Below, piece by piece: positions 24,452 through 35,238 of a DNA stretch of 64,000 nucleotides. Source of the DNA: Planktothrix sp. GU0601_MAG3 (GTDB taxonomy: Bacteria; Cyanobacteriota; Cyanobacteriia; Cyanobacteriales; Microcoleaceae). Numbering within the stretch: the first letter of the stretch is position 1; the number at the start of each line of letters is the position of its first letter. The notes below the pieces were generated by a model. The model saw only the letters and a program-made list of their open reading frames with translations. It did not search any database and had not been told where the DNA came from. Location of the stretch: NCBI GenBank assembly GCA_035193785.1, contig CP136572.1, positions 1,088,001-1,152,000 on the forward strand, in the 5' to 3' direction. A program made the translations under genes and the position numbers.

Positions 24452-25022
24452 ATGTCTCCCAGAGTTAACTATTACCAACATTTAACGGCAGACTATTCCA
24501 AACCTGGTTTAGTTTCCAAGGAAATGCAAGCTAAACTGATTGAGTTAGCTGAAAAAATCGTAGCGATGAAAGAGGATATTTTACCCGTCATCAGCGATGA
24601 TTACACCCTCGAACAAATTGAAAAAGAAAATAAAGAATGGTGGCCGACCCACTGCGAAGCCTTACGCCAAGGACGGGGGGATATTTTAACAGGCGAATAC
24701 CGAGATGATCTCGTGTATTTCTGTCAAGATGGCCCCTATCGTGGCTTAGAAACAACAAAAAGAACGGGAAAAACATTGGTGGGCTTTAATTGCACAACCG
24801 GGTGTTACCATGTGTTGGCCAATTGTCATGTTCTATGGTGAACATACCTACTTTGAATGGAAATGTGTAGATGATGCCACCAACGAAACTATTGCCAAAG
24901 GAAACGTCACTTGGGTACGTCGAGGAAATCGAGGAGGTTGTTATCTCAAAACAGAACAATTAACCTTCTATCGTGATGTTTTTGCAGCAGAAGATTTGTT
25001 AAAATTAATCAAAACTGCCTAA
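24452..25022 (+). CDS. Conserved hypothetical protein (Slr1852-like by position); apparent frameshift near 24750
   Basis: ORFs 24452..24841 and 24810..25022 join by removing one A at GAAAC; first gene of the icfG-like cluster. Confidence 0.65.
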
Positions 25023-25026
25023 CAAT

Positions 25027-25383
25027 ATGACCGATACACCTGAATATAAAAATGCGGTTCTCGATGACAAAAACCTACAAGCTGGGTTAAACAGTATTAA
25101 TCCCAAATTTGGTGATTTTTGTACTCGTGTAGCTGGGGAAGCTTGGGGTTTACCGTTAATTGATCAAAAAACCAAAGCCTTGATTACCATTGCCGTTGAT
25201 GTTGTGAATCAAACCCAAAATGGGCCGGGAAGCCCTTTCGGTGCTCACGTTCACATGGCAATGCAGCAAGGAGCAACCCGTGAAGAAATTGAAGAATTGC
25301 TGTTGTTTATGTGCGTTTATGGAGGCTTTAATAAAGTCGCGGGTTGTTTTGGCGCCTTGAATGAAATCTTAGGGGAAAGTTAA
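25027..25383 (+). CDS. Carboxymuconolactone decarboxylase family protein
   Basis: IDQKTKALITIA, H..MA...GATREEIEE......YGG. Confidence 0.88.
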   Translation: MTDTPEYKNAVLDDKNLQAGLNSINPKFGDFCTRVAGEAWGLPLIDQKTKALITIAVDVVNQTQNGPGSPFGAHVHMAMQQGATREEIEELLLFMCVYGGFNKVAGCFGALNEILGES

Positions 25384-25392
25384 AGGTAATTT

Positions 25393-25998
25393 ATGACCGA
25401 AAGCAAAGGGAAAATTGCGGTTGTTGTTGAAGAACACTTCGATGAAACCGAATATCATCGCTTTAATGAGTTTTTCCCTCAACAGGGTTATGCGGTTGAA
25501 TATATTTCCAATCTTTGGGATCAACCCAGCTTAACCTTTAATGGGAATGATCACACGGCTGAAGTCACTGTTACGGTTGATTTTAAAGATGTCAAACCGA
25601 GTGATTATGTTGGCGTTCTTTTAATTGGCGGTTATGCAATGGATCGGTTACGGTATCAAGTGCAGGTGCAACCTGGACAACCGAACCAATCTCCAGCCGT
25701 AGAATTTCTACGGGAAGCCGTGCAAGCAATGGATCAAGATCGGTTAAGAATTGGGACAATCTGCCATAGTTTATGGTTATTTTGTGCCGACCCCAGCTTA
25801 ATGAAAGGGCGGAAAGTAACCTGCGCTCACAATATTATCTGTGATGTTGAAAACGCAGGCGGAACCGTCGTTTATGAAAACGGGGAAACCGTTGCCAGTT
25901 ATATCGATGGCAACTTAATTACAGGCAAACACCCAGGTGTTGTTGAGGAATTTATGCAAATTTTTCTCAACAATATTGAAAAAAAAGTCGCCGCTTAA
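25393..25998 (+). CDS. DJ-1/PfpI family protein
   Basis: FDETE, IGG, TICHSLW, GRKVT, DGNLITG. Confidence 0.9.
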   Translation: MTESKGKIAVVVEEHFDETEYHRFNEFFPQQGYAVEYISNLWDQPSLTFNGNDHTAEVTVTVDFKDVKPSDYVGVLLIGGYAMDRLRYQVQVQPGQPNQSPAVEFLREAVQAMDQDRLRIGTICHSLWLFCADPSLMKGRKVTCAHNIICDVENAGGTVVYENGETVASYIDGNLITGKHPGVVEEFMQIFLNNIEKKVAA

Positions 25999-26049
25999 TT
26001 CCTCAAGGGCGACTCACAACAAATTAGATTATCTATTGGTATTTTAACA

Positions 26050-27877
26050 ATGGAATACACCAGTTTTTCCTTTTCGGACACAATCACCGGATATGTGACC
26101 CAATTTGACCGTCAAAACAAGTGTTTTGGCATCAAAACCTCCGATGGTCGGGAATACACGGCTTACCTGACCAACACAACTTGAGGGCAGATTACTCGCA
26201 ACCTTGAAGAAAGCTATATTAATTCCACAGAAACGGTTGGCAGAATTGTTGCACCCTGGTCAGCACGTTTTTGCTTATGGGGTTTTCTATCCTAAAGAAG
26301 GTAGCTTAAAATTTGAAGTCAAATCGATGGTATTTCCAGGGGAAGCCGTTGAAAAATATCGCCATGAAGAACCTGACTGGTGGATTAAACAGGTTCGTTC
26401 GATTGCCGATTGTTACTTAAAATGGCAATTTGGATATCCTAAAAATGCGATTGACTATAAAGAATATCGCACCATGTTAAAACTAAGTGGGGAAAAGAAA
26501 CAGGATAATTACCTGCAAGAAACCGATACGATTTCCCGTTTAGTGTATGGATTTGCCTCAGCCTATTTAATGACTGGAGAAGATCGGTTTTTAGAAGCCG
26601 CAGAAAAAGGAACTGAGTATCTGCGGGAACACATGAGATTTTATGATCCCGATGAAAATTTAATTTACTGGTATCACGGGATTAAAGTCAGTGGAAATCG
26701 GGAACAAAAATTACTGACTTCTGAATTTGATGATGATTATGATGCTATCCCGGCTTATGAACAAATCTATGCGTTAGCAGGCCCGATTCAAACCTATCGG
26801 ATTACGGGTGATCCGCGCATTTTAAAAGATGCAGAAATGACCGTTGATTTGTTTGACAAGTTCTATTTGGACAAAGAAAAAGGGGGTTATTTTTCACACC
26901 TTGATCCATTAACTCTTGACCCTTGTTCCGAATCTTTAGGACGAAATAAAGGGCGGAAAAATTGGAACTCAGTCGGAGACCATGCCCCTGCTTATTTGGT
27001 GAATTTGTATTTGGCAACTCACGATGAAAAGTATGCTACATTTCTCGAATATACCTTTGATACCATTGCCAAATATTTCCCCGATTACAACAATAGCCCC
27101 TTTGTTCAAGAAAAATTCCATGAAGATTGGAGCCATGATCAAGCCTGGGGTTGGCAACAGAATCGGGCTGTCGTGGGTCATAACTTAAAAATTGCCTGGA
27201 ATTTAATGCGGATGTATTCCCTGAATCCTAAGCAAGATTATCTGGAATTAGCGGAAAAAATTGCTCAAATTATGCCCGATGTTGGGAGCGATCGCCAACG
27301 GGGAGGATGGTATGATGTCGTAGAACGAACCTTAGCAGAAGGTGAAGAACAACATCGTTTTGTTTGGCATGATCGCAAAGCTTGGTGGCAGCAAGAACAA
27401 GCAATTTTAGCCTATATGATTTTACATGGTATTCTCAAGAAAGAAGATTATTTGAAGCACGCTCGTGAGTCGGCTGCCTTTTATAATGCCTTCTTCTTGG
27501 ATCATGATGACGGTGCAGTTTACTTCAACGTTTTGGCAAATGGTACACCCTTTTTAACCGGAACAGAACGCTTCAAAGGTTCCCATTCCATGTCCGGTTA
27601 TCACTCAACGGAGTTGTGTTATTTATCGGCGGTTTATACCAATTTACTGATTACAAAACAGCCGATGGATTTCTACTTCAAACCCTATCCCAAATCGTTC
27701 AAAGATAATATCTTGTACGTTTCACCCGATATTTTACCTCCGGGTAGTGTTCAAATCGGTTCCTGTGAAATTAATGGTGAACCTTACAGCAATTTTGATG
27801 CTGAAAAATTAGCTGTTACCCTTCCTGATACTAACGAACAAGTCAAAGTTAAAGTGCAACTTGTTCCTATGAGCTAA
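26050..27877 (+). pseudogene. AGE-family (N-acylglucosamine 2-epimerase-like) protein; in-frame TGA at 26182-26184 plus apparent frameshift near 26231
   Basis: ETDTISRLVYGF, NWNSVGDH, VVGHNLK, KAWWQQEQ, KGSHSMSGYH; N-terminus from ATG 26050 is interrupted. Confidence 0.8.
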
Positions 27878-27976
27878 AATTTTGAGCCGTTAGCAATAAG
27901 TTATTGAATTCTAGCGAATTGCTAACGGTTGCTGTCCTAACAGTGAACCTGCAACTAGATTTTTAAACCCTCACTC

Positions 27977-28315
27977 ATGAATATTACTGTCCAAAATTTA
28001 GATCATGTATTTGTGGCAAAATTAGAGGGGGAAATTGATGCGAAAACAGCCCCCACTATCACAGAACAAGTCTTGCCCTTAATGAAACCAGGGAGCAAAA
28101 TTTTAATGGATTTAACCCTAGTTTCTTATATGAGTTCTGCGGGGTTACGATCTCTTCTTTCTATTTACCGCCAAAGCACAGCTAAAGACTCACAATTAGT
28201 CTTGGTTGGCTTATCAGAAGAACTCAAAGATACGATGTCAATGACCGGATTTCTTGACTTTTTTAAAACGGCTGACACAGTTGATGCCGGAGTAGAAGCT
28301 CTGAAATCGAGTTAA
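27977..28315 (+). CDS. STAS anti-anti-sigma factor
   Basis: LEGEIDA, D...VSYMSSAGLR. Confidence 0.92.
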   Translation: MNITVQNLDHVFVAKLEGEIDAKTAPTITEQVLPLMKPGSKILMDLTLVSYMSSAGLRSLLSIYRQSTAKDSQLVLVGLSEELKDTMSMTGFLDFFKTADTVDAGVEALKSS

Positions 28316-28365
28316 ACATTGCCTGATCTGTGTTGATTCTATCCACTTCATCAACTCAAGAATTT

Positions 28366-30488
28366 ATGTTATTAGAACGTATTGACATTCATCCCACCCA
28401 TCGCTATGAAAGCTTTAAATTAAGACGAGGAAAACCCTTTCCCTTTGGGGCAACTTTAGTTCCAGGTGGCGTTAACTTTTCGGTATATTCCAGTTATGCA
28501 ACTTCCTGTACCCTGGTATTATTTGAAAAACACGCCCCTCAACCGATGGCAGAAATTCCCTTTCCCGATGAATTTCGCATTGGGAATGTTTACAGCATGG
28601 TTGTATTCGATTTGGATTATGAAAATATCGAATATGGCTATCGCATGGATGGGCCCAATAATTTTCAGGAAGGTCACTGGTTTAACAAAGAAAAAATCCT
28701 TTTAGATCCCTATGCCAAAATTATTGGCGGGCGAGATGTATGGGGGATAGAAACCGGACTGGGATGATATTTATCATCATCGAGCCCGGATCGCATTTGA
28801 TGATTTTGATTGGGAAAATGATCGCCCCTTAGAAATTGCTCCCGAAGATCAAATTATCTATGAAATGCACGTTCGTAGTTTCACTCGTCATAAATCTTCG
28901 GGGGTAAAACATCCGGGTACATTTGCGGGAATGCGGGAAAAGATTTCTTATCTCAAAGAATTGGGTGTCAACGCTGTTGAGTTAATGCCCATCTATGAAT
29001 TTGATGAGTTTGAAAATTCTCGTAAAAGCCCAATAACAGGGGAAACTCTGTATAATTATTGGGGCTATAGTACTGTTGGATTTTTTGCCCCTAAAGCGGG
29101 TTATGCTGCCACTGGAAAGTTAGGAATGCAGGTGGATGAAGTCAAAGCCTTGGTGAAAGAACTGCATAAAAATGGCATTGAAGTCATCTTGGATGTAGTT
29201 TTTAACCACACAGCAGAAGGCAATGAACGAGGCCCCTATATTTCCTTCCGAGGGTTAGACAATAAAACCTACTATATGTTGACCCCAGAAGGGTATTATT
29301 TCAACTTTAGTGGCTGCGGAAATACCCTCAATTGTAATAACCCAGTGGTGCGAAACATCGTATTAGATTGTTTACGCTATTGGGCGAGTGAATATCATAT
29401 TGATGGCTTCCGATTTGATTTGGCATCTATTTTAGGACGTGATCCTTGGGGATATCCCTTGGCTAATCCTCCGTTATTAGAAGCTCTTGCCTTTGACCCC
29501 ATTTTAGCCAAGTGTAAACTGATTGCTGAAGCCTGGGATGCAGGTGGTTTATATCAAGTGGGTTCCTTCCCTGCTTATGGACGTTGGGCAGAATGGAACG
29601 GTAAATATCGGGATGCAATTCGCAAGTTTATTAAAGGCGATGGAACTGTTGGCAAAATGGCTCAAGGCTTACAAGGTTCTCCCGATTTGTACGCTCCAGC
29701 AGGCCGTGGCCCGGCAACTTCTATTAACTTTATTACTGCCCATGATGGCTTCACTCTTGCCGATTTAGTGTCTTATAACGATAAGCATAATGAAGCGAAT
29801 GGGGAGAATAATAACGATGGCGCCAATGATAATGATAGTTGGAATTGTGGGGCGGAGGGTTGGACAGACGACCCAGGAATTAATGCTTTAAGATCACGGC
29901 AAATCCGAAATGCGATCGCGCTTTTAATGGTGAGTCAAGGCGTTCCAATGATTCTCATGGGAGATGAAATTGGACGATTTCAAAATGGTAATAATAATAC
30001 TTATTGCCATGACTCCGAATTAAATTGGATGAATTGGGATTTACTAGAAAAAAATTCTGATTTATTCCGATTCTTTAAACACTGCATTAACTTCCGCACA
30101 GCCCATCCGGTTTTGAGAAATAAATATCACTTCCAAAATCGAGATTATGTAGGCAGTGGGTATGCTGATATTAGTTGGCATGGAACCCAAGCGTGGAATG
30201 CAGATTGGTCGGAGAATTCTCGAACTTTAGCCTTTTTATTGTGTGGAAAACACGCCAAGGCGGGAACCATTGAAGATAACAGTATTTATGTTGCCATGAA
30301 TATGCACTGGGAAGCTCAATGGTTTGAGTTACCTGGCTTACCTTTGGGTCAACATTGGCACGTTTCTACTAATACAGGATGCCCTTGTCCTGACGATTGT
30401 TTTGAACTGGGACAGGAAACCTCAATTAGATCATCAAGCGGGTCTTTTATTAGGGGATCGTTCGGTTGTTATTCTGATTGCAAAATAG
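28366..30488 (+). CDS. glgX: Glycogen debranching enzyme (isoamylase); apparent frameshifts near 28751 and 30417
   Basis: PFPFGAT, DPYAK, NYWGY, DVVFNHTAEG, DGFRFDLA, AEAWD, HDGFTL. Confidence 0.93.
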
Positions 30489-30500
30489 GAGAGATTAATC

Positions 30501-30821
30501 ATGGCTTTTGAATCAAGTTTAGAGATTAAAGGTGATGTGGCAATTATCACCATGTCTGGGGAATTAGATGCAGCATCTGCTCCTCAATTAAAAGCAAATG
30601 TAGAAAAAGCTGCGGCCACTTCCCCTCAACGTTTAGTTTTAGATATGAAGGGGTTAGAATTTATGGCTAGTGCGGGGTTACGGTTGATTGTTTTTTCTAA
30701 GCAAAAAATGGGGGAAAAGGTTGATCTTTATATTGCAGGCGCGCCGGAAATGGTGATCGATACCTTAGAAAAAGCGGGATTTCATCACAGTGTGAGCATC
30801 GTGGATGAATACACAGATTAA
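30501..30821 (+). CDS. STAS anti-anti-sigma factor
   Basis: SGELDAA, LEFMASAGLR. Confidence 0.92.
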   Translation: MAFESSLEIKGDVAIITMSGELDAASAPQLKANVEKAAATSPQRLVLDMKGLEFMASAGLRLIVFSKQKMGEKVDLYIAGAPEMVIDTLEKAGFHHSVSIVDEYTD

Positions 30822-30928
30822 GGCGTAAAAAAAGGGGTTTCAACGGGGAAGGTAGGGTTTTGATCTGAAATATTGATCTCATCCTAGCCTTTTCTCTCCG
30901 GTCAAAATTAATAGGCATTACAATTATT

Positions 30929-32866
30929 ATGAAATCCAAAGTTACATTTTCTAATAGTCTGCGATTTCGACTCATCGTTATTACGTTACTAGCGGTGATT
31001 CCTCCGGTATTATTGGGATGGTATATCCTGAAAAAACAAGCCACGAATTACCTATATGAAGATGCCAAACAAGATCTACTTCGAGGCGGAGAATCCTTTG
31101 GCAAATATGTCGGAGAGTGGCAAGCCAAACAGTTCCAGACTTTAAAGATTATTAAAAAGCTACCTTTTATTCAAAGTCAAGATCGAGAGTTACAACAACA
31201 GGTTTTACAAAATATTAGTTCTCTTTTACCCGCCAGTGGTTTTGATATTGTTAATATTAATGGTCAGGGGATAGCAACGACGGAAAAAGCCGTCGCCAAT
31301 TATCAGGATAGAAAGTGGTTTCAAGCCATTAAATCTGGCAATGAATATGGGACACAAACCTTAATTGGTCGTGTTAGTAAACGCCCCAGACAGTGTTTTT
31401 CCACAGGTCTCAATAATCCAGAGACCCAACAATTAAACTTAGTTATTGCCCTCTGTATTGATTTACAATTAATTGCGGATAACCTGAAAGTAGAAATTCA
31501 AAGTGCAGCCCCAGAAAGTCGAGGGTTTGTTGTCAGTAAAGAGGGGATTTTGATTGCGGATTCTAGTGAAGAAAATCATATCCCCCTACAGGAACGAAAA
31601 AATTATCCTCCCGTGGCTGCTGCATTGCAAGGGACTATCGGATATTTTCCCTTTACCGATGAAAAGGGAATTCAGATTATTTCCCAGATTGTTCCCATTG
31701 GTAATGATTGGATTGCTATTATTGAAAAAGATGAAAAAACAGTCTTCAGAAATGTTACCTTTTTTAATTTGACTTCGACAATTTTGGGGATATTAATTCT
31801 GGGATTAATTACGGCTGTAATTTGGTATATTTCAGGTCATATTACCCGTCCAATTTTAGACTTAACCACAGCGGCTAAAAAATTGTCCGATGGGGATTTA
31901 GAAACCCGAGTTGAGGTGAATCGGGATGATGAAATTGGGACTTTAGCCAATACGTTTAACAGTATGGCAAAACGGTTAAATGAACTGATTGCAACTGAAG
32001 TCTCTGAAGCAATTATCCGCAATGAAATTGAAAAAGGTCGTCAAATTCAACAGGACTTTTTACCCGAATCTATCCCTGAGATTGAAGGGTGGGAAATTGC
32101 TTATTTCTTTCGACCGGCTAAGGAAGTATCGGGAGACTTTTATGATGCCTTTACGTTCAGTAATGGGGATCTGGGTTTCGTGGTGGCAGATGTTTGTGAT
32201 AAGGGGGTAGGAGCCGCCATGTTTATGGGACTTTTCCGCAGTTTTATTCGCTTATTTTCCAATCAAACTGACCTAGAAACTTCAACTCCCGCCCAGGTTG
32301 ATCCTGCCATTTTATCAAAATCTAACGAGCAAAATCAAGAAACTGATACCTTAGATAAGGATACCATAAACCGTTTGCAATGTATTCCGATTACTAATAA
32401 TTATATTGGCACAGAACACGGACGAACAGTGATGTTTGCCACGACATTTTTTGGGATTTTGAATCCTAAAACGGGGATAGTTTCCTATATTAATGGGGGG
32501 CATGAACCCGTATTTGTTTTAAGTCCTGAAGGAGAAATTAAACATACTTTGAAATCTACTGGGCCAGCCGTGGGCATCATCCCGATGTCAAAGTTTATGA
32601 TTAAACAAGTTCAACTGGAACCGGGTGATATTTTAATCGGTTATACCGATGGAGTTTTAGATGCTCGAAATCCCGAGAAAAAACTATTTGGAAAAGAACG
32701 ATTACAAGCTCTCTTACATCAACCGGTGAATTCGGCAGCAGAACTGATGGAGTTCATTAAAATTGATTTATTCAATCACATCTCTACAGCCCCACAATTT
32801 GATGATATTACAATGTTAGCTATTCGCTATCAAACCTTATCTAATCATGAATCAGTAGGAGATTAA
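30929..32866 (+). CDS. TM-Cache-HAMP-SpoIIE/RsbU PP2C phosphatase (IcfG-like)
   Basis: Two TM helices, HAMP DEIG.LA..FN.M, VSGDFYD, ADVCDKG, NGGH, YTDG, DDIT. Confidence 0.9.
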   Translation: MKSKVTFSNSLRFRLIVITLLAVIPPVLLGWYILKKQATNYLYEDAKQDLLRGGESFGKYVGEWQAKQFQTLKIIKKLPFIQSQDRELQQQVLQNISSLLPASGFDIVNINGQGIATTEKAVANYQDRKWFQAIKSGNEYGTQTLIGRVSKRPRQCFSTGLNNPETQQLNLVIALCIDLQLIADNLKVEIQSAAPESRGFVVSKEGILIADSSEENHIPLQERKNYPPVAAALQGTIGYFPFTDEKGIQIISQIVPIGNDWIAIIEKDEKTVFRNVTFFNLTSTILGILILGLITAVIWYISGHITRPILDLTTAAKKLSDGDLETRVEVNRDDEIGTLANTFNSMAKRLNELIATEVSEAIIRNEIEKGRQIQQDFLPESIPEIEGWEIAYFFRPAKEVSGDFYDAFTFSNGDLGFVVADVCDKGVGAAMFMGLFRSFIRLFSNQTDLETSTPAQVDPAILSKSNEQNQETDTLDKDTINRLQCIPITNNYIGTEHGRTVMFATTFFGILNPKTGIVSYINGGHEPVFVLSPEGEIKHTLKSTGPAVGIIPMSKFMIKQVQLEPGDILIGYTDGVLDARNPEKKLFGKERLQALLHQPVNSAAELMEFIKIDLFNHISTAPQFDDITMLAIRYQTLSNHESVGD

Positions 32867-32869
32867 ACA

Positions 32870-33286
32870 ATGGAAAATTTAACCGTATTTGCAAATCTTG
32901 ACGCTCTGAAACCTCTGGCTGATTATGTTATTCAAGCCTCTGGTATAGCTGGATTGGACAAAAAACAAACCTATAAATTACGTTTAGCAGTAGATGAAAT
33001 TGCCACAAATATTATTACCTATGGCTATGAACAAGCTGGAAAAACAGGTGATATTATCATTGCTGCTGATATTGATGAAAAAATGCTGAAAATCACCCTG
33101 CAAGACACAGCAATTTTCTTTGATCCTACAGAAAAATTAAGTTCTGAAGAACAAACCCTTAATCAACCTTTAGATGATCGAAAAATTGGCGGTTTAGGGA
33201 TTTATTTAACCATTAGTGGCGTTGATGAATTCCAATATAAAAGAATGGGCGATCGCAACTTCAATATTTTCATTATGTATCGGTAG
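32870..33286 (+). CDS. RsbW-like anti-sigma factor kinase (HATPase_c_2)
   Basis: LAVDEIATNII.YGY, FDP, GGLGIYL. Confidence 0.9.
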   Translation: MENLTVFANLDALKPLADYVIQASGIAGLDKKQTYKLRLAVDEIATNIITYGYEQAGKTGDIIIAADIDEKMLKITLQDTAIFFDPTEKLSSEEQTLNQPLDDRKIGGLGIYLTISGVDEFQYKRMGDRNFNIFIMYR

Positions 33287-33348
33287 ATATCTAATGATTC
33301 ATTAGACTTTAACTAATCAAGAGCAAGATTTACCTGTCAATTGTATCC

Positions 33349-35128
33349 ATGTTAAAAACACTAAGACTTCCGAAGCGTCGCTTTTCACAGCTAATTGTAG
33401 CACTTGTAATTTCTCTGTTCGCTTTAATATCGACTTGGAGTATTCCACTGACCTTCGCTCAAGATGTTTTACCAAGTGCCATTAACCCTGCAACCTCTGT
33501 CATTCGGGTTGGAAATCTAATTTCAGCACCTGTTATTGTTGACGGTTACGAGTTATTTCGAGTGGCAATGGACATTCCTATAACAGTGGATAAAACACAA
33601 AAAAATCCCTCTATTCTCCAAAGAGCCAAGCTCATTGAAAATGAGATCCATGGGATTTTAGATAATCAATTGTACGGAGGCCAATTTTCTCAAGGTTTTA
33701 ATCCTGATACTCTCACCATAACTTTTAAAACAGATAATCAAGGAAATGCCCAGATTTGGGTATCAGATCAGGATCAACTTCAAGAAAGAGTAATTTTCAC
33801 GGTTACCCCTGAAGATGCAGAATATAATGGCTATTCCGTTAAAATTTGGTCTGATAAATTAACAACTATTGTTAAACAAGCTTTAATCCGAGGTTATGAA
33901 CACCGCCAACCCGCTTATTTATATAAAGCAAGTTTATGGTCATTGGGTATAATTTTAGTCTCCAGTCTATTAAGTTTTGCGGTTTATTTGCTCCAGAAAC
34001 GCTTATCCCAAAAAAACCAGAATTTGAATCATAACAAGCAGGAATTAACTTTAGAGCAAAATCGTCTCAATAATAATCTGACTGCTTCTGATAATTCAGC
34101 TTCAATTTCTGAGATAACAACCCAACTAGAACACTGGCACCGAAAATACAATACCAATCAATTTCGGAAATTGGTTTTAAAACTCATTCAACTTTTAATT
34201 TGGGCATTTACGATTTGGAAAGTTGCTAGATTTTTCCCTCAAACTCGGTTTTTCGCCCATTGGATAAGTCAAGAAACCTTTGTATATGTTAATTATTGTA
34301 GTTCTTGTGGGAATAGCAATCCGAATCAGTACCCTTTTGATTGACTATTTCTTAAAATCATTTCAAGAGGAACATCAGAACTTTAATCTCAGTCCCACTG
34401 CCTCTCACCGCCGAGAACTCCGCTTTTCTACTTATAGTGTGGTTTTAAAAGGTGTTAGTGAAGCCATCTGGATTGGTCTGGGTTTTATTGTCGCTTTAGA
34501 CACCCTTGAAATCCCTGTGGCTCCTGTTATTGCGGGTTTGGGAATTATTGGTTTAGCCTTATCCTTTGGTTCTCAAAATTTGATTCGAGATGTCTTAAAT
34601 GGAATTTTCATTCTCTTTGAAGATCAGTATGCCGTCGGAGATTATATTACGGTTGGTGAAACATCCGGTCATGTAGAACATATGAACTTACGCATTACTC
34701 AAATTCGCGGAAAAGAGGGACGTTTAACGACTCTTCCTAACGGGAGTATTAGTATTGTTCACAATCAAACCAAAGACTGGTCAAGAATTGATTTTAAAAA
34801 GACTATTACCTATCAAGCCGATATTGATTTTGCCTTGGATGTCATGAAAAAAGTGATTGAAGAAATGGCAAACGAACCCGACTGGCAAAATTCAATTCTC
34901 ACTCCGGTTGTTTTGACAGGGGTTAGTGATTTAGCAGATGCAGGTGTTGAACTGGAAATGCGAATTAAAACCCGTCCGGGAACACAATGGAAAATTGCTC
35001 GTGAATTTCGCCGTCGCTTAAAAGTTGCTTTTGAGCAACAAGGAATTGAATTTGGACGGCATGAACAAGCTGTATTCTTACCGGAAGTTGCTCAGTGGTT
35101 AAATCAACAATCTCTTAACAACGAGTAA
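33349..35128 (+). CDS. MscS-family mechanosensitive channel with a large periplasmic N-terminus; apparent frameshift near 34274
   Basis: GLALSFGSQNLIRD..NG..IL.EDQY.VGD, G.VE.MNLRITQIR, PNG. Confidence 0.9.
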
Positions 35129-35238
35129 AAAAGTTATCCCTGGCGTTTGTGTAGCAATCGTACAGAAACTTACGCTATTTCTACGCCATCTTGCACTTTT
35201 TTACACGAATCTCGGCTCAATGCCGGATAAGCACGGGT

